Shown: piece by piece, positions 1-11,100 of the stretch
Layout of the letters: every line of letters begins with the position of its first letter
Position numbering within the stretch: position 1 is the stretch's first letter
Assembly (NCBI GenBank): GCA_963674965.2
Contig: CAXXFL010000002.1
Coordinates: 32,001-96,000 of the forward strand
Reading direction: 5' to 3'
From: a bacterium
GTDB taxonomy: Bacteria; RBG-13-61-14; DATKZS01
Length of the DNA: 64,000 bases
Notes under the pieces: generated by a model
Database searches by the model: none
Told to the model about the DNA's origin: nothing
What the model saw: only the letters and a program-made list of their open reading frames with translations
Program-made: the position numbers and the translations under genes

Positions 1-1371
1 ATTGAAGGCCGAGATTCTCTCGCGAGGCTGCTGCGCGACGTCGAAAGCGGGCAGGCGGCATTTGAGGAGATACTGGTATATGACGTTTCCCGCTGGGCCA
101 GATTCCAGGACGCGGACGAGAGCGCGCACTATGAATACATCTGCAAGAGAGCCGGGGTCAAGATCAAGTATTGCGCGGAGCTATTTGAAAACGACGGCAG
201 CCCTATTTCAACAATCGTCAAAGGAGTAAAGCGCTCCATGGCCGTGGAATACAGCCGGGAGTTGTCGGGCAAGGTCTTTCATGGAGCGTCGAACCTGGTA
301 AAGCTGGGATTTCGCCAGGGTGGCACGGCTGGTTACGGCCTGCGTCGAGTGCTGGTGGACGCCAGCGGACAATTTAAGGACGAGTTCAAAATGGGCGAGC
401 ATAAAAGCCTCCAGACTGACCGGGTGATTCTGACTCCTGGCCCTGCCGAAGAAGTGGCAAACGTTCGTGAGATGTTTCGGCTTTTCGTTCATGAAGGCAA
501 GAATGAAGGCGAGATAGCCGCTATTTTCAATGACAGAAATATTTTGAACGATTATCAGCGGCCCTGGAAGCGTGGTCCCATTCGCCAGATACTGACCAAT
601 GAAAAGTACATTGGGCACAACGTTTATAACCGCCAGTCGTACAAGCTGAAAATCGCGAGGGTGCAGAATCCGCCTGAGGAGTGGATTCGTAAGGACGGGG
701 CCTTTGAGCCGATCGTTGACGCGCAGACTTTTTTCACAGCTCGGGGCATAATCCTGGCTCGCAGCCGGAGGTTGAGCGATGATGAGATGTTGGAAAAGCT
801 GAAAGATGTGTACCTCAAGAACGGCAGGCTTTCGGGGATTTTGATTGATGAAGCTGAAACACTGCCCACGGCTTCAGCGTATCAGCATCGCTTCGGTAGC
901 CTGTTACGGGCCTACCGGCTGATAGGTTACGTCCCGGAAATCGATTACAGTTACATTGAAGTCAATCGTCGGTTGAGGGAGATGTATCCGCAAACTATCG
1001 CTGAGGTGATCAATCAATTGGAAGAACATGGCGCGGAAGTGGAGACTGACGAGCAATCGGATCTGCTATTGATCAATCGAGAGATTCTGGTTTCCTTAAC
1101 CCTGGCTCGCTGTCGGCAGACAGGAGCCGGGGCCCTTCGCTGGCTGCTGCGCTTTGAAGAGGGCCTCAGGCCCGACATAACCATTGCGGTTAGAATGGAA
1201 GAAGGCAATGAGCAGATCCGGGATTATTATCTGTTCCCCGCTCTCGACCTGACGGCCAGTAAACTTCGCCTGGCAGAAGAGAAGAGCATCAACTTGGACG
1301 CGTATCGTTTTGACAATCTCGATTATTTCTTCAATCTTGCCGAGCGCGTGATTCTGGAGGATGTGGCTTAA
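1..1371 (+). CDS. Large serine recombinase (recombinase family), 5'-partial
   Basis: Frame 1 is open from base 1 (IEGRDSL...ILVYDVSRWARFQD...) into ORF 238-1371. It shows the resolvase-type YDVSR motif, EYSRELS and a recombinase domain (ILTNEKYIG). Confidence 0.85.
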   Translation: MEGRDSLARLLRDVESGQAAFEEILVYDVSRWARFQDADESAHYEYICKRAGVKIKYCAELFENDGSPISTIVKGVKRSMAVEYSRELSGKVFHGASNLVKLGFRQGGTAGYGLRRVLVDASGQFKDEFKMGEHKSLQTDRVILTPGPAEEVANVREMFRLFVHEGKNEGEIAAIFNDRNILNDYQRPWKRGPIRQILTNEKYIGHNVYNRQSYKLKIARVQNPPEEWIRKDGAFEPIVDAQTFFTARGIILARSRRLSDDEMLEKLKDVYLKNGRLSGILIDEAETLPTASAYQHRFGSLLRAYRLIGYVPEIDYSYIEVNRRLREMYPQTIAEVINQLEEHGAEVETDEQSDLLLINREILVSLTLARCRQTGAGALRWLLRFEEGLRPDITIAVRMEEGNEQIRDYYLFPALDLTASKLRLAEEKSINLDAYRFDNLDYFFNLAERVILEDVA

Positions 1372-1373
1372 TC

Positions 1374-2267
1374 ATGGCTAAAAAGAAGCTGGAAGATCTT
1401 ACAATCGCGGTTATTCCTATCGAACAGATCCGGGTTATCAATCCCCGCGTGCGTGATAAAAACAAGTTTCATCGGATCGTCCGCAGCATGCCCCAGATCG
1501 GCATCAAGAGGCCGATAATAGTGAGCCGCGGAAAGCCTGGTGAAACCGAGGAGTCGGGATATGATCTGGTGTGCGGGCAGGGGCGTCTGGAGGCGTTTAT
1601 CGAGCTTGGCGAAAAGGAAATTCCCGCAATCGTGATTGATGCTTCCCAAAAACAGAGTCTGCAGATGAGTCTGGTGGAGAACCTGGCGCGTCGTCATAGC
1701 AGCTATTATGAATTGATTGGAAATCTTTTGTTGCAAAAGGATCGCGGGTACAGCAATCTTGAGATAGCCAATAAAACCGGGCTGACTGAAAATTACGTTA
1801 GAAGCATATTGAAGCTGCTGGAGGAGGGAGAAGAGCGTTTGGTAGAAGCGGTCGCGTCCGGGCGCATACCCATCAGCGCCGCTTTGGAAATAATGAAACT
1901 GGACGACTCACAGTTGCAGAGTTGGCTAACCGAAGCGTATGAGGACGGTGAGTTGAAAGGCAAGGAGCTGAGGATGACGCGGCGCATAGCTGAGAAGCGC
2001 ATGCTGATGGGCAAAACCAAGCATAAGTATCCTCACGGTCAAGGGGGCGGCAAGGCAGGTCTGCTAAGGGAGTATCAAAAGCAGGCCGAAATCCAGAAGC
2101 TGCAGGTAAAGAAGTCGGAATTGGCGGAGTATCGCCGCTCGATAGTCGAGGCCGCTTTTCGGCGACTGCTCGGCGATGAGAATTTTATCAATCTACTGCG
2201 CGCCGAAGGTTTGCAGGACATGCCGCGCATGCTGTCGGATGGAGCCCTCAAGGTTGACGGGCGATGA
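1374..2267 (+). CDS. ParB/RepB-like partition or nuclease-domain protein
   Basis: GIKRPIIV...LVCGQGRLEA and SLVENLARR motifs followed by an HTH-like segment; starts 2 bp after the recombinase stop. Confidence 0.8.
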   Translation: MAKKKLEDLTIAVIPIEQIRVINPRVRDKNKFHRIVRSMPQIGIKRPIIVSRGKPGETEESGYDLVCGQGRLEAFIELGEKEIPAIVIDASQKQSLQMSLVENLARRHSSYYELIGNLLLQKDRGYSNLEIANKTGLTENYVRSILKLLEEGEERLVEAVASGRIPISAALEIMKLDDSQLQSWLTEAYEDGELKGKELRMTRRIAEKRMLMGKTKHKYPHGQGGGKAGLLREYQKQAEIQKLQVKKSELAEYRRSIVEAAFRRLLGDENFINLLRAEGLQDMPRMLSDGALKVDGR

Positions 2268-3148
2268 GCAAGAAAATCAAATGGGCTTTTAATGGCGAAA
2301 TGGTCGTCCTTCCCTTGGACAGAATACTTCCCGTCAAATCGATCAAATTCTCGACAAGTCATTCCAACAAATACAACAGCATTCTTGCCTCGATCAAAGA
2401 AGTGGGGCTGGTCGAGCCACTCGTGGTTTTTCCCGAAAAAGGCCGCAAGGGTTTTTATTGTCTACTGGACGGGCATCTTAGATACAAGGCGATTACTGAT
2501 CTTGGCTGGACTGAAGTCAAGTGCCTGGTCGCGAAGGATGAGGAGTACTTCAGCTATAATTATTACATCAACCGACTTGCAATTATCCAGGAGCACAGGA
2601 TGATTGTGGAGGCTCTAAGCAAGGGCTTATCTGAGGAAGAACTCGCCCGAACCCTCAATGTCGACGTTAAAAGGATTCGCGAACGCAGGGACATAGTGAA
2701 CGGCATCTGCCCGGAAGCGGTGGATATGCTGAAAGATAAACAGGTTGCCGTAAAGACTCTCAAGCTATTAAAAAAAGTCAAGCCCATTAGACAAATAGAG
2801 ATTGCTGAGACACTGGTTCGACTGAATTATTTCAGCGCAAAGTACGTGGAGGCACAGGTCCTGGCCACTGCGCCGGAGCTAATGGTTGATTCAGGAAAAT
2901 CAATAAAAGGGAAAGAGACCACACTTGCTGATATGGCAAAGTTGCGCAAAGAGCTGGAGACATTGGAGCGCAAGTATCGCCTGCTTGACGATTCGCTGGC
3001 CGAGAACACACTTAAAGTCGCCATATACCGTAAGTATTTAAAGCGTATACTAGACAACTCCAAGGTGAAGAAATATTTGTCCAAGAACTATCCAGAATTA
3101 TTGAGCGAGTTCAAGGAAATCATAGAAAAAGAGACGATCTCAGTGTAA
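2264..3148 (+). CDS. Second ParB/RepB-like protein
   Basis: SIKEVGLVEPLVV...LLDGHLR ParB motif; ATGA overlap with the previous gene. Confidence 0.8.
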   Translation: MSKKIKWAFNGEMVVLPLDRILPVKSIKFSTSHSNKYNSILASIKEVGLVEPLVVFPEKGRKGFYCLLDGHLRYKAITDLGWTEVKCLVAKDEEYFSYNYYINRLAIIQEHRMIVEALSKGLSEEELARTLNVDVKRIRERRDIVNGICPEAVDMLKDKQVAVKTLKLLKKVKPIRQIEIAETLVRLNYFSAKYVEAQVLATAPELMVDSGKSIKGKETTLADMAKLRKELETLERKYRLLDDSLAENTLKVAIYRKYLKRILDNSKVKKYLSKNYPELLSEFKEIIEKETISV

Positions 3149-3687
3149 TTGAGCATAACTTCATGCCCTGAGTATGTTTATAGTATGAATCGATGCGCAA
3201 ACCTGCCATAATGAGAAAAGATCATGGCCCGCCGAAAGGAAAGACCTTCGCAATATTGCTGACCTGAGATCTAGAGATTTTCTAGATTTTTCAAATTTTC
3301 CCGACACTTTCACATTTTCTCCGGTATATAATCTGCAGGAGCTTTTCATTTTTTCTGGCGATTGCCTTGCTTTGTTCCGAATCCGAGGCTCCGACGAGGA
3401 ATTTAATGGAACTTTTGAATCCTGATTTCGGATGGTTGACCCTCAACATGCTGATGAGCTTCGCCGAATTCGAGCGTGAGATTATCTCGGAGCGAACTCG
3501 GGACAAGATAGGAGCAGCAAGGAAAAAAGGGAAATGGACCGGCGGGCAGGTTCCCTTACGTTTCAGGATTGTGGACAAAAAATTGATTCTCAACGAGCCG
3601 GAGGCGGATGCGGTGCGGCCCTCTGTGCCAACGTAGATGAGACACTTCCCCTATGTTAAATTACTGTAGGGCGGGGGAGGTATTAGG

Positions 3688-4227
3688 ATGTATAGAGAGA
3701 TGGATGAAGACAGGAAGAAGGCAGGGATTGTTGGGGAGACGGAGGGAGCCCGTAGGGCGACCGGAGTCTCCCCAACCGGGACGGCCGAGCCGGAGGACAC
3801 TCCTGCCAAGCGGCCCGAGCGGGTGGGGGCGCCGATCATTCTTCCCGAGCCGGAGGTCCCGGAAAAGCCCGCCCGGCGGCGCTTCACCGCGGCTTACAAG
3901 CTCGCAATCCTCGGGAAGGCCGACGCCTGCTCGGGGCATGGCGAGGTCGGCGCCCTGCTGCGCCGGGAGGGCCTTTATTCGTCGCACCTGACGGCCTGGC
4001 GCAAGCAGCGGGACGAGGGGGCCTTGAAAGCGCTTTCGCCCGTAAAGCGGGGCCGCAAGCCCAAGGCCAAAAACCCGCTGGCCGATGAAGTGGCCCGCCT
4101 CGAGCGCGAGAACGGGAAGCTCCAAAAGCGGCTCGAACAGGCCGAGATGATAATCGACTTCCAAAAAAAAGTTGCCGATCTGCTGGGGATACCCCTGGCC
4201 AAGCCGCCCGGCGAAGAGAGCGAATGA
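3688..4227 (+). CDS. IS3-family transposase OrfA (HTH)
   Basis: RRRFTAAYKLAIL...LLRREGLYSSHL..WRKQ plus a leucine-zipper-like segment; A8 run at 4163-4170 with an open -1 frame into OrfB. Confidence 0.85.
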   Translation: MYREMDEDRKKAGIVGETEGARRATGVSPTGTAEPEDTPAKRPERVGAPIILPEPEVPEKPARRRFTAAYKLAILGKADACSGHGEVGALLRREGLYSSHLTAWRKQRDEGALKALSPVKRGRKPKAKNPLADEVARLERENGKLQKRLEQAEMIIDFQKKVADLLGIPLAKPPGEESE

Positions 4228-5240
4228 TGGAATCGGCAAGCACGGCCGCTCCCCGGGTCGGCGCCAAGGCCGCCTGCGAGGCCCTGGGCCTGTCGCGAGC
4301 AACGTTTAATCGTCGCGCTAAAATTCCCTTCGGGCCTCCGCCGCCGAGGCGCGCGGCCAAGCCGGCAAGGTCGTTGAGCGAGGACGAGCGGCGCCGGGTG
4401 CTGGACGAACTCCACTCCGAGCGCTTTGCCGACAAGGCCCCCCGCGAGGTCTGGGCAACGCTCCTGGACGAGGGGACATGGCTGTGCTCGGTCCGCACCA
4501 TGTACCGCGTCCTCGACTCGGAAAAGGAAGTCCGGGAGCGGCGCAACCAACTCCGGCGTCCCCGATACAAAAAACCCGAGTTGCTGGCCGAGGCCCCCAA
4601 CCAGGTCTGGTCCTGGGACGTCACCAAACTCAAGGGACCGGCCAAATGGACCTGCTACCAACTCTACGTGATCATGGACATCTTCAGCCGCTGCGTGGTG
4701 GGATGGATGATCGCCGGACGCGAAAGCGCGGAGCTGGCCCGCCGCCTGATCGGGGACAGCATCCGAAAACAGGGGATCGAGCCGGGACAACTCACCATCC
4801 ACGCCGACCGGGGGAGTTCGATGAAATCAAAGCCGGTGGCCTTCTTGATGGCCGACCTGGGCGTGACCAAGAGCCACTCGCGGCCCCACGTGTCCGACGA
4901 CAACCCCTACTCGGAAAGCCAGTTCAAGACCATGAAGTACCGGCCCGAGTTCCCGAGCCGGTTCGGCTCCATCGAGGACGCCAGGGCCTTTTGCGTGAAG
5001 TTTTTCGATTGGTACAACCGCGAGCATCGGCACACCGGGATCGGCCTGATGACGCCCGAGATGGTCCATTACGGAATGGCGAGCGAGATCGTGGCCGCCA
5101 GGCAAAAAACGCTCGACCACGCCTATGAAAAAAAACCGGAGCGCTTCGTGAAAAGACCGCCGACGGCGCCGGAGTTGCCCGGCAAAGCGTGGATCAACCC
5201 ACCGGCGAAACCGGAGGAAATAAACAGTTTGCCACACTAA
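4224..5240 (+). CDS. IS3-family DDE transposase OrfB
   Basis: rve/DDE motifs WSWDVT, IHADRGS and DNPYSESQFKTMK. Confidence 0.92.
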   Translation: MMESASTAAPRVGAKAACEALGLSRATFNRRAKIPFGPPPPRRAAKPARSLSEDERRRVLDELHSERFADKAPREVWATLLDEGTWLCSVRTMYRVLDSEKEVRERRNQLRRPRYKKPELLAEAPNQVWSWDVTKLKGPAKWTCYQLYVIMDIFSRCVVGWMIAGRESAELARRLIGDSIRKQGIEPGQLTIHADRGSSMKSKPVAFLMADLGVTKSHSRPHVSDDNPYSESQFKTMKYRPEFPSRFGSIEDARAFCVKFFDWYNREHRHTGIGLMTPEMVHYGMASEIVAARQKTLDHAYEKKPERFVKRPPTAPELPGKAWINPPAKPEEINSLPH

Positions 5241-6233
5241 ATTCAGGAAAGGCGTGTCTCATTTTGCTTGACACATTCCGCGGCGGGTGTTCGATCTCTA
5301 TATCGATTGCCGATCCCCGCTTGCGGTTTTCCAAAGCCTTTCTGATAATTTGGAAAACATAGACAGTAACCGCAAATGGAACAAGCACACGGTTCTGCGC
5401 ATGCTGAAAAATCCGCTTTATGCGGGCTACATATCTTACGGAAACAATCTCTATGAAGGCGAACATGCTTCAATAGTGGACAAAGATAAGTTCCATGCCG
5501 TCCAGAAACTTATTCGTGACAATACCCGAACCCGCCAGGTTTCTACAGATGAATATCTTCTGCAGGGACTGACTCGTTGTGCAGCCTGCGGGGCCGCTTA
5601 TACTCCAGCCTCAGCCAAACGAGGAAAAAACAAGCGGCGCTATTACCGCTGCCTTACCCGCGATAAACAGGGCCGGGACGCCTGCCCCGCCCGGCCACTG
5701 CCCGCGGAATCACTCGAGAAATATGTGGTTGATCGGGTAAAGGACGCCGCGTCCGAGATCGACAATCCTGACGATTTATTGTCATCCGTTAGACGGAATT
5801 ATGCGGCCAGGCTTCAGGAAAGGAACATGGAACGTCAACGACTGCCTAAGATGATCGGCGAACTTGCGGCAAAAGGGCACGAGATCGCTAAAAATATGGA
5901 GCAGGCAAAGGGGGAGGATTGGAAAAAACTCGATGCCAGGCTCGGCTGCTTGTACGATGAACTGGGGAAGATGGACCACAATCTTTGCCAAGTGGAACGG
6001 AACATCGCTGCTCTGAAAAAGCAACATGAAGAGGTCGAGTGGATGATTAGCGTTATGAGACGATTTGACTCGGTATGGGATGCCTTGACATCTGAAAACA
6101 AACGCCGACTACTGCGCGCAATTGTAAGTGAAATCATCATCGACGAGCCTTGTGGCAAGGTGGAAATGAAAATTGTCGATTACTCGGCCGCGGGGCCTCC
6201 TTATGTTAACAAGAAGACGCGCTGGAGGATACC

Positions 6234-6653
6234 ATGATCGAATCCGAACAACTCATTAAAACGATGACCGCATATATTTTTCGCGCCCGCCGGGGACGGG
6301 AGACTATATTGTCCGCCGAGCCTCCAGTTAAACCAGAACCCCCCACTTTGAAACCGATTCCCCTTGCGGTATTGCTAGGGCAGGCTCATCATCTGCAAAA
6401 GGAGCTTGACCATGGCGGATGCGGCAACCGGGCTGACCTGGCTCGGCGGCACGGTCTCACACGGGCCCGCCTTACCCAGATACTGAACCTGCTCCTATTG
6501 GCCCCGCAAATCCAGGAGGAGATTTTATTCATGGAATCGACCAGTAAAAGAGATGCCATTAGCGAACGCAGGCTGCGTGACATTATCCAGGCCGAGGACT
6601 GGAACCAACAGCTGAGACAGTGGGAATTGCTGAAGTCTTCATGCGGGACTTGA
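6234..6653 (+). CDS. Small HTH-like protein coupled to the recombinase
   Basis: ADLARRHGLTRARLTQILNLLLLAPQIQEEIL; homologous to 26917-27350; ATGA overlap with the recombinase. Confidence 0.7.
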   Translation: MIESEQLIKTMTAYIFRARRGRETILSAEPPVKPEPPTLKPIPLAVLLGQAHHLQKELDHGGCGNRADLARRHGLTRARLTQILNLLLLAPQIQEEILFMESTSKRDAISERRLRDIIQAEDWNQQLRQWELLKSSCGT

Positions 6654-6722
6654 TGGCTCACATGCGAATTTTCTCCTTCAGGTACATGGCAATGGGCATG
6701 GTCGAATAAAAGGTGACCGCTG

Positions 6723-7406
6723 ATGAGCCATATGAATAGAAAAATCTCGGAATGTAATGGCTTGAAAAAGGGATCGGGAAAGCCCATTACTCTGGATATC
6801 CTCTTTCATGACGGGCTTTCGCAATTCATCGTGCGTAAGATCGACCCAATAAGTTTCCATGGCTATAAACGGAGGATAGCTCTGGACCATGAAGATAGAG
6901 AGTGCTCCACCGCATTGCTCACCGATGACGGCCTCCACCTTATGCCCAACGGCTGTACAGCGGAAATGTACCTGGATGAGGAAGGGGACCATGTCGAGCG
7001 GAAGGAAATCATTGCTTGTGATGAAGCTGGAAACTCATTAGCTGAATTTCCAGCCACCGCCGGGGCTCCACAGACGATATCAGGCCCGGTTCCGGCCAGT
7101 GAGATTTTGGAGCATGTCGTCACGGCGGTTTCTCTACTGGAAGCGAAAACGCTGGACTCGGGATTGCAGGACTCACTCGAAGCTGGCGAAATTTATCGGA
7201 CATCGTTCCGGCCGCGCAAAACATACCATGACAATCCCGCATTCCTGCTCAAGGGAGTTGAGGGATTTTTCCTGATCGTGGGTGAGCGATGTCGATTCGA
7301 GTATGCTCGGCGTGGGCAATTGATCAACTTCGCCGATAATTACGAGAACGATGACGCTCAGGATTTCTTTGATATGGGATTTAGAGCCTGGAGAGGTTTT
7401 TCGTGA
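6723..7406 (+). CDS. Conserved hypothetical protein, possibly a divergent Ku-like subunit
   Basis: 227-aa ORF with an acidic tail, first of three overlapping genes. The segments YLDEEGDHVERKEII and PVPASEILEH resemble bacterial Ku by eye only. Confidence 0.5.
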   Translation: MSHMNRKISECNGLKKGSGKPITLDILFHDGLSQFIVRKIDPISFHGYKRRIALDHEDRECSTALLTDDGLHLMPNGCTAEMYLDEEGDHVERKEIIACDEAGNSLAEFPATAGAPQTISGPVPASEILEHVVTAVSLLEAKTLDSGLQDSLEAGEIYRTSFRPRKTYHDNPAFLLKGVEGFFLIVGERCRFEYARRGQLINFADNYENDDAQDFFDMGFRAWRGFS

Positions 7407-8113
7407 GCGCGCGCAAGATCAGGATCACGGACCATCTTGGCAGGGATGCGGTAGTGGCGCTGGAAGCATGTCGTCTTGGTAAAAACATCACGTACAAGAG
7501 CATGAGCGGATCGACCATTCGCCATGTTCGCCTTGTGAAGGGCTGCACGACAAATAATCATGAAGCTTTGATTGATCGTTTCGGTGATGGACAGGCTCTT
7601 GCCAAGGCATTGATTGAGGGCGACCCGGAAATAGACATGGAGGCGGTGGGCAAGGAGACTGGTCAGTGCAGGAGGGTATTCGTGAATGGCCAAGACCAGC
7701 CATTGTACGCGGCAAAAATCATGGAGGTCGTTTATGGTCCTGATGGCTCGGAATGTGAACGACGGGAACCGAAGCCATATCACTCGAACCTCCTCGATCC
7801 TCGTCCCTGGTCCGGGAAGCTATTACCTCGTAATGTCACGGCCCGGCGTTTTGCATTCACGCGGAAGTACATGGTCAGGCACGTTGACGCCCTTACCTTC
7901 GACTTTCTATTTTCGCTTGCCGGTTACCTCGAAGAGCGAGATAGCCTGGCTATTATCGGCTCCGGACCTGACAGCCTGGGCCCTCTGATCCTTGAACGAA
8001 ACGGCGCTCCCATGCTGGGATTGCTCGAGGGCAGGACAGACGGCGACAGCTACCTGCTGGTTTTGCATCTCGCGGCTTTCGAGTTGCGGCGCCCGCTGGA
8101 GATCGTTTTATGA
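7403..8113 (+). CDS. Conserved hypothetical protein, possibly a second divergent Ku-like subunit
   Basis: 236 aa, GTGA overlap. The C-terminal FTRKYMV...FLFSLAGYLEE...YLLVLHLAAFELR pattern resembles the Ku core by eye. Confidence 0.5.
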   Translation: MSARKIRITDHLGRDAVVALEACRLGKNITYKSMSGSTIRHVRLVKGCTTNNHEALIDRFGDGQALAKALIEGDPEIDMEAVGKETGQCRRVFVNGQDQPLYAAKIMEVVYGPDGSECERREPKPYHSNLLDPRPWSGKLLPRNVTARRFAFTRKYMVRHVDALTFDFLFSLAGYLEERDSLAIIGSGPDSLGPLILERNGAPMLGLLEGRTDGDSYLLVLHLAAFELRRPLEIVL

Positions 8114-11100
8114 TTGTCGATCCGTCCCGCTGGAAGCCATTTGGGCAAGGACGCATTGCTCCTCCGGGCTCCATAGTGAACACTGTTCTTGCAGCCCGAT
8201 TGGCCGCGTACAAACGTAACGTGGCGTCCAGCTATCGGAGCGTATCACCGGACAACATCTTGCAGACCATTCCGCCCGGCAGCCATATTCTGTCACCGAA
8301 GATAGACGGCGAGTGCTGGTTCCTGTATGCGTGGGATGGAGAGGTCGATCTGCTGTCGCCTTCAGGCAGGGCGATTACCGGCATCCCGATTACCCATAAA
8401 GCTGCGGAGAACCTGGGTGATCAAAGAATGCTTGTTGCTGGAGAGCTTTATGCCGAGAGCAACTCGGGCAGGTCACATATCCACGACATCATGTCAGCTT
8501 TGAAGACAGGAGAGCATGCCGATCCCGACCGGTTGCGTTTTGCCGCATTTGACCTGATACAGGATAATGACAAGGATGCGCAGGCATGGTCCTTTCCCCA
8601 ACGGGTTGGGAGGTTACAGGAAATATTCGACACCGGCGATAAAATCCACATCGCTGATTTCAAAACAGCCGATTCGCCCCATGCCGTCGCTCATGCGTTC
8701 GAGCAGACCGTGACCCAAGGTGGAGCGGAAGGAATCGTACTCCGATTAGAAAACGGCGGGATTTTAAAGATCAAACCTGAGATTACCATCGATGCTGCGG
8801 TGGTCGGATACGCTGAATCTCAGGGTCGAGTCCATGAACTTCTCCTTGCCCTGGTGCTGAACGACAATCGCTTTATGCTGATCGGCAGAGTATCTATTGG
8901 CATGAGTGCAGTCGAGAAGATGGACCTTCATGAACGTTTTTCTGAGATGTCCTGCCAATCGAGTTTCCGAAAGGTCACCGACCAGGGAGTCCTTTATCGC
9001 TGGGTACGCCCGAAAATCGTCGTCGAAGTAAAATGCAATGATATCATCAAATCTGACAGCAAGGACCGTCCTGTACGCAGGATGCTGTTGGATTACTCTG
9101 AGGATGGTTGGTCACCCGTAGGGACAACGAACAGCATAAGCATGATAAACGCCGTCTTTCTGCGCATGCGTCATGACAAATCCGTGAGCGTAGCAGAGGC
9201 AGGGATGAGACAGGTGACGGACCATGTCCATCTTGAAGAAACCAAACAACCGCAACTTGATCCTGCTGAAGCGCTTCGCCGCGAGGTCTACACCAAGGAA
9301 GGAAAATCCGGGATAACCGTTCGAAAAGTAGTTACCTGGAAAACCAACAAGCATGGTGCGGACGATTTGTATCCCCCATACGTCGCCTTCTTCACCGATT
9401 ACTCTGCTGCTCGCAAGGAGCCGCTTAAAACCAGCCTGCGTATAGCCTCCACGTTGGAGAAGATAGACAAGATCGCTGACCAATGGCTGGCCGAGAACAT
9501 TAAACGAGACTGGAATTGCGTTAGCCGTGACCTCACAGATCAATCCAACATCATTCATCAAGAAGTCACCCAGGATAATTCAGCGACGTCTTCCAAACAA
9601 TTTTCCCTTCCGAAGACAGTTGAAAAAAACGTCACTATATCATTCGCCCGTAGCGCCTCGCCGTCATTCCCCATCGCCAGGAAACGCCTCAAATCTCTGT
9701 CCGATAGTGGCGCGCTCATGATCGAGACGGACGATAAGGACCGCGAGGTTTGGTACTCTCTTACCATCGGATCTGGTAACCTGGTCGAGCTCGCCCGTAG
9801 AATCTCTAACCTCACCCGCATGGTCCGGGGGTGGAAGTCCGCAGAGTTCTGCATCTCGAGAGAACCGGTCAAGCCAATCGACTTTGGAGCATTTATTAAT
9901 CGACTGGAAGAGGTAGACCGTTGCCGCCGCAAGAAAATCCGTGAGGCTTCAGAGTCGTGCGCTAACAATTGTCGATTGGGATGTGATCAACTCTTTATCA
10001 AGCCCGTCAAACAATCCCTTGACTCGTACCAATCCCGGCAGTTGTGGTGGACGGTCGGGAACTTCGATGGCCGAATGCTGAAAATAGACAAGAGGAAACT
10101 CAAGCGACAAGCTTCTGCCTCTAGAAACGAGCTATACCGGCTGTGTCCTAACTATGATAGTAAAGCCGTAGCGCAAAACATAGATTGTCTGCCCGAAGTT
10201 ATCACTGCAGAGGCCGAGGGCTGGAAAATTATTTATCGCAGGGAAGACGGATCGCCCGCATGGCTATGGCCGGTTAAGCACCCACTGCCCTTCGGGTTTT
10301 CTGATGCGAGGCGTGTGGGCGTAGCGGATGCAAAAGGCGCGATGGAACATGGCCAGCCACATGCTGCGCCACTCCGAAATATCTCTACTGTATCTTACTT
10401 GGACGTCCGCGGGCAGGACGAAGCGGTCGAGGCCGTGCGAGACATGGTCGAGCTACCGATAACGCATGCGGACCTGTTCGCTCAGGTGGGCGTGAGTGGC
10501 GCTGGTGGAGGAATCATTCTCGCGGGACCGCCGGGGACAGGTAAAACTCTTTTGGCCAGGGCCGTGGCTGGCGAGAGTAAAGCGCATATCGAAATAGTAG
10601 CGGGGCCGGAACTCCTGTCGAAATGGTTCGGTGAGTCCGAGAGAAGGTTGCGCGCTGTCTTTAAAAGAGCCCGTGAGCTTCAGCCATCCATCATTCTCTT
10701 CGACGAACTTGACGGAATCGCCGGAACCAGAAATGGAGATTCCAGCCAACGAACCTTTGTTGCCCAATTGCTAACGCTACTCGATGGCATTGAAAGCCGA
10801 GGGCAAGTATTCGTGATCGCTACAACCAACCGGCCCAACGACATAGATCCCGCGCTTCGTCGTCCCGGAAGGTTCGACAGGGTCGTAAACATGGACCTAC
10901 CAAATAAGTCCGGTCGCAAGTCTCTTTTCGAACATCACACCAGAAACATGAAGATCTCCCAGGACATTGATTTTACGCAACTGGCCACTATAACTCCCAG
11001 TCTCTCCGGAGCCCAGATCGCTTTCATCTGTAGACGCGCTGGTGTCCTGTGCATAAAGGAGGCCATAATTGAAGGGCCTTTCAAACAGTCCATGTCCGTT

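Larger units (their letters stand above)
3619..5280 (+). mobile_element. IS3-family insertion sequence, copy 1 (1662 bp)
   Basis: Matches 11409-13070 and 27483-29144. 22-bp imperfect IRs (TGTGCCAACGTAGATGAGACAC / GTGTCTCATTTTGCTTGACACA) and a 3-bp target duplication CGG at 3616-3618 and 5281-5283. Confidence 0.93.
3367..6237 (+). pseudogene. Large serine recombinase pseudogene (N-terminus missing, split by IS copy 1)
   Basis: [22 protein letters not shown] lies before the IS; LKNPLYAG, a CAACG zinc ribbon and a coiled coil lie after it. Removing the IS and one CGG gives in-frame EADAVRRVFDLY. The catalytic resolvase domain is absent. Confidence 0.85.
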
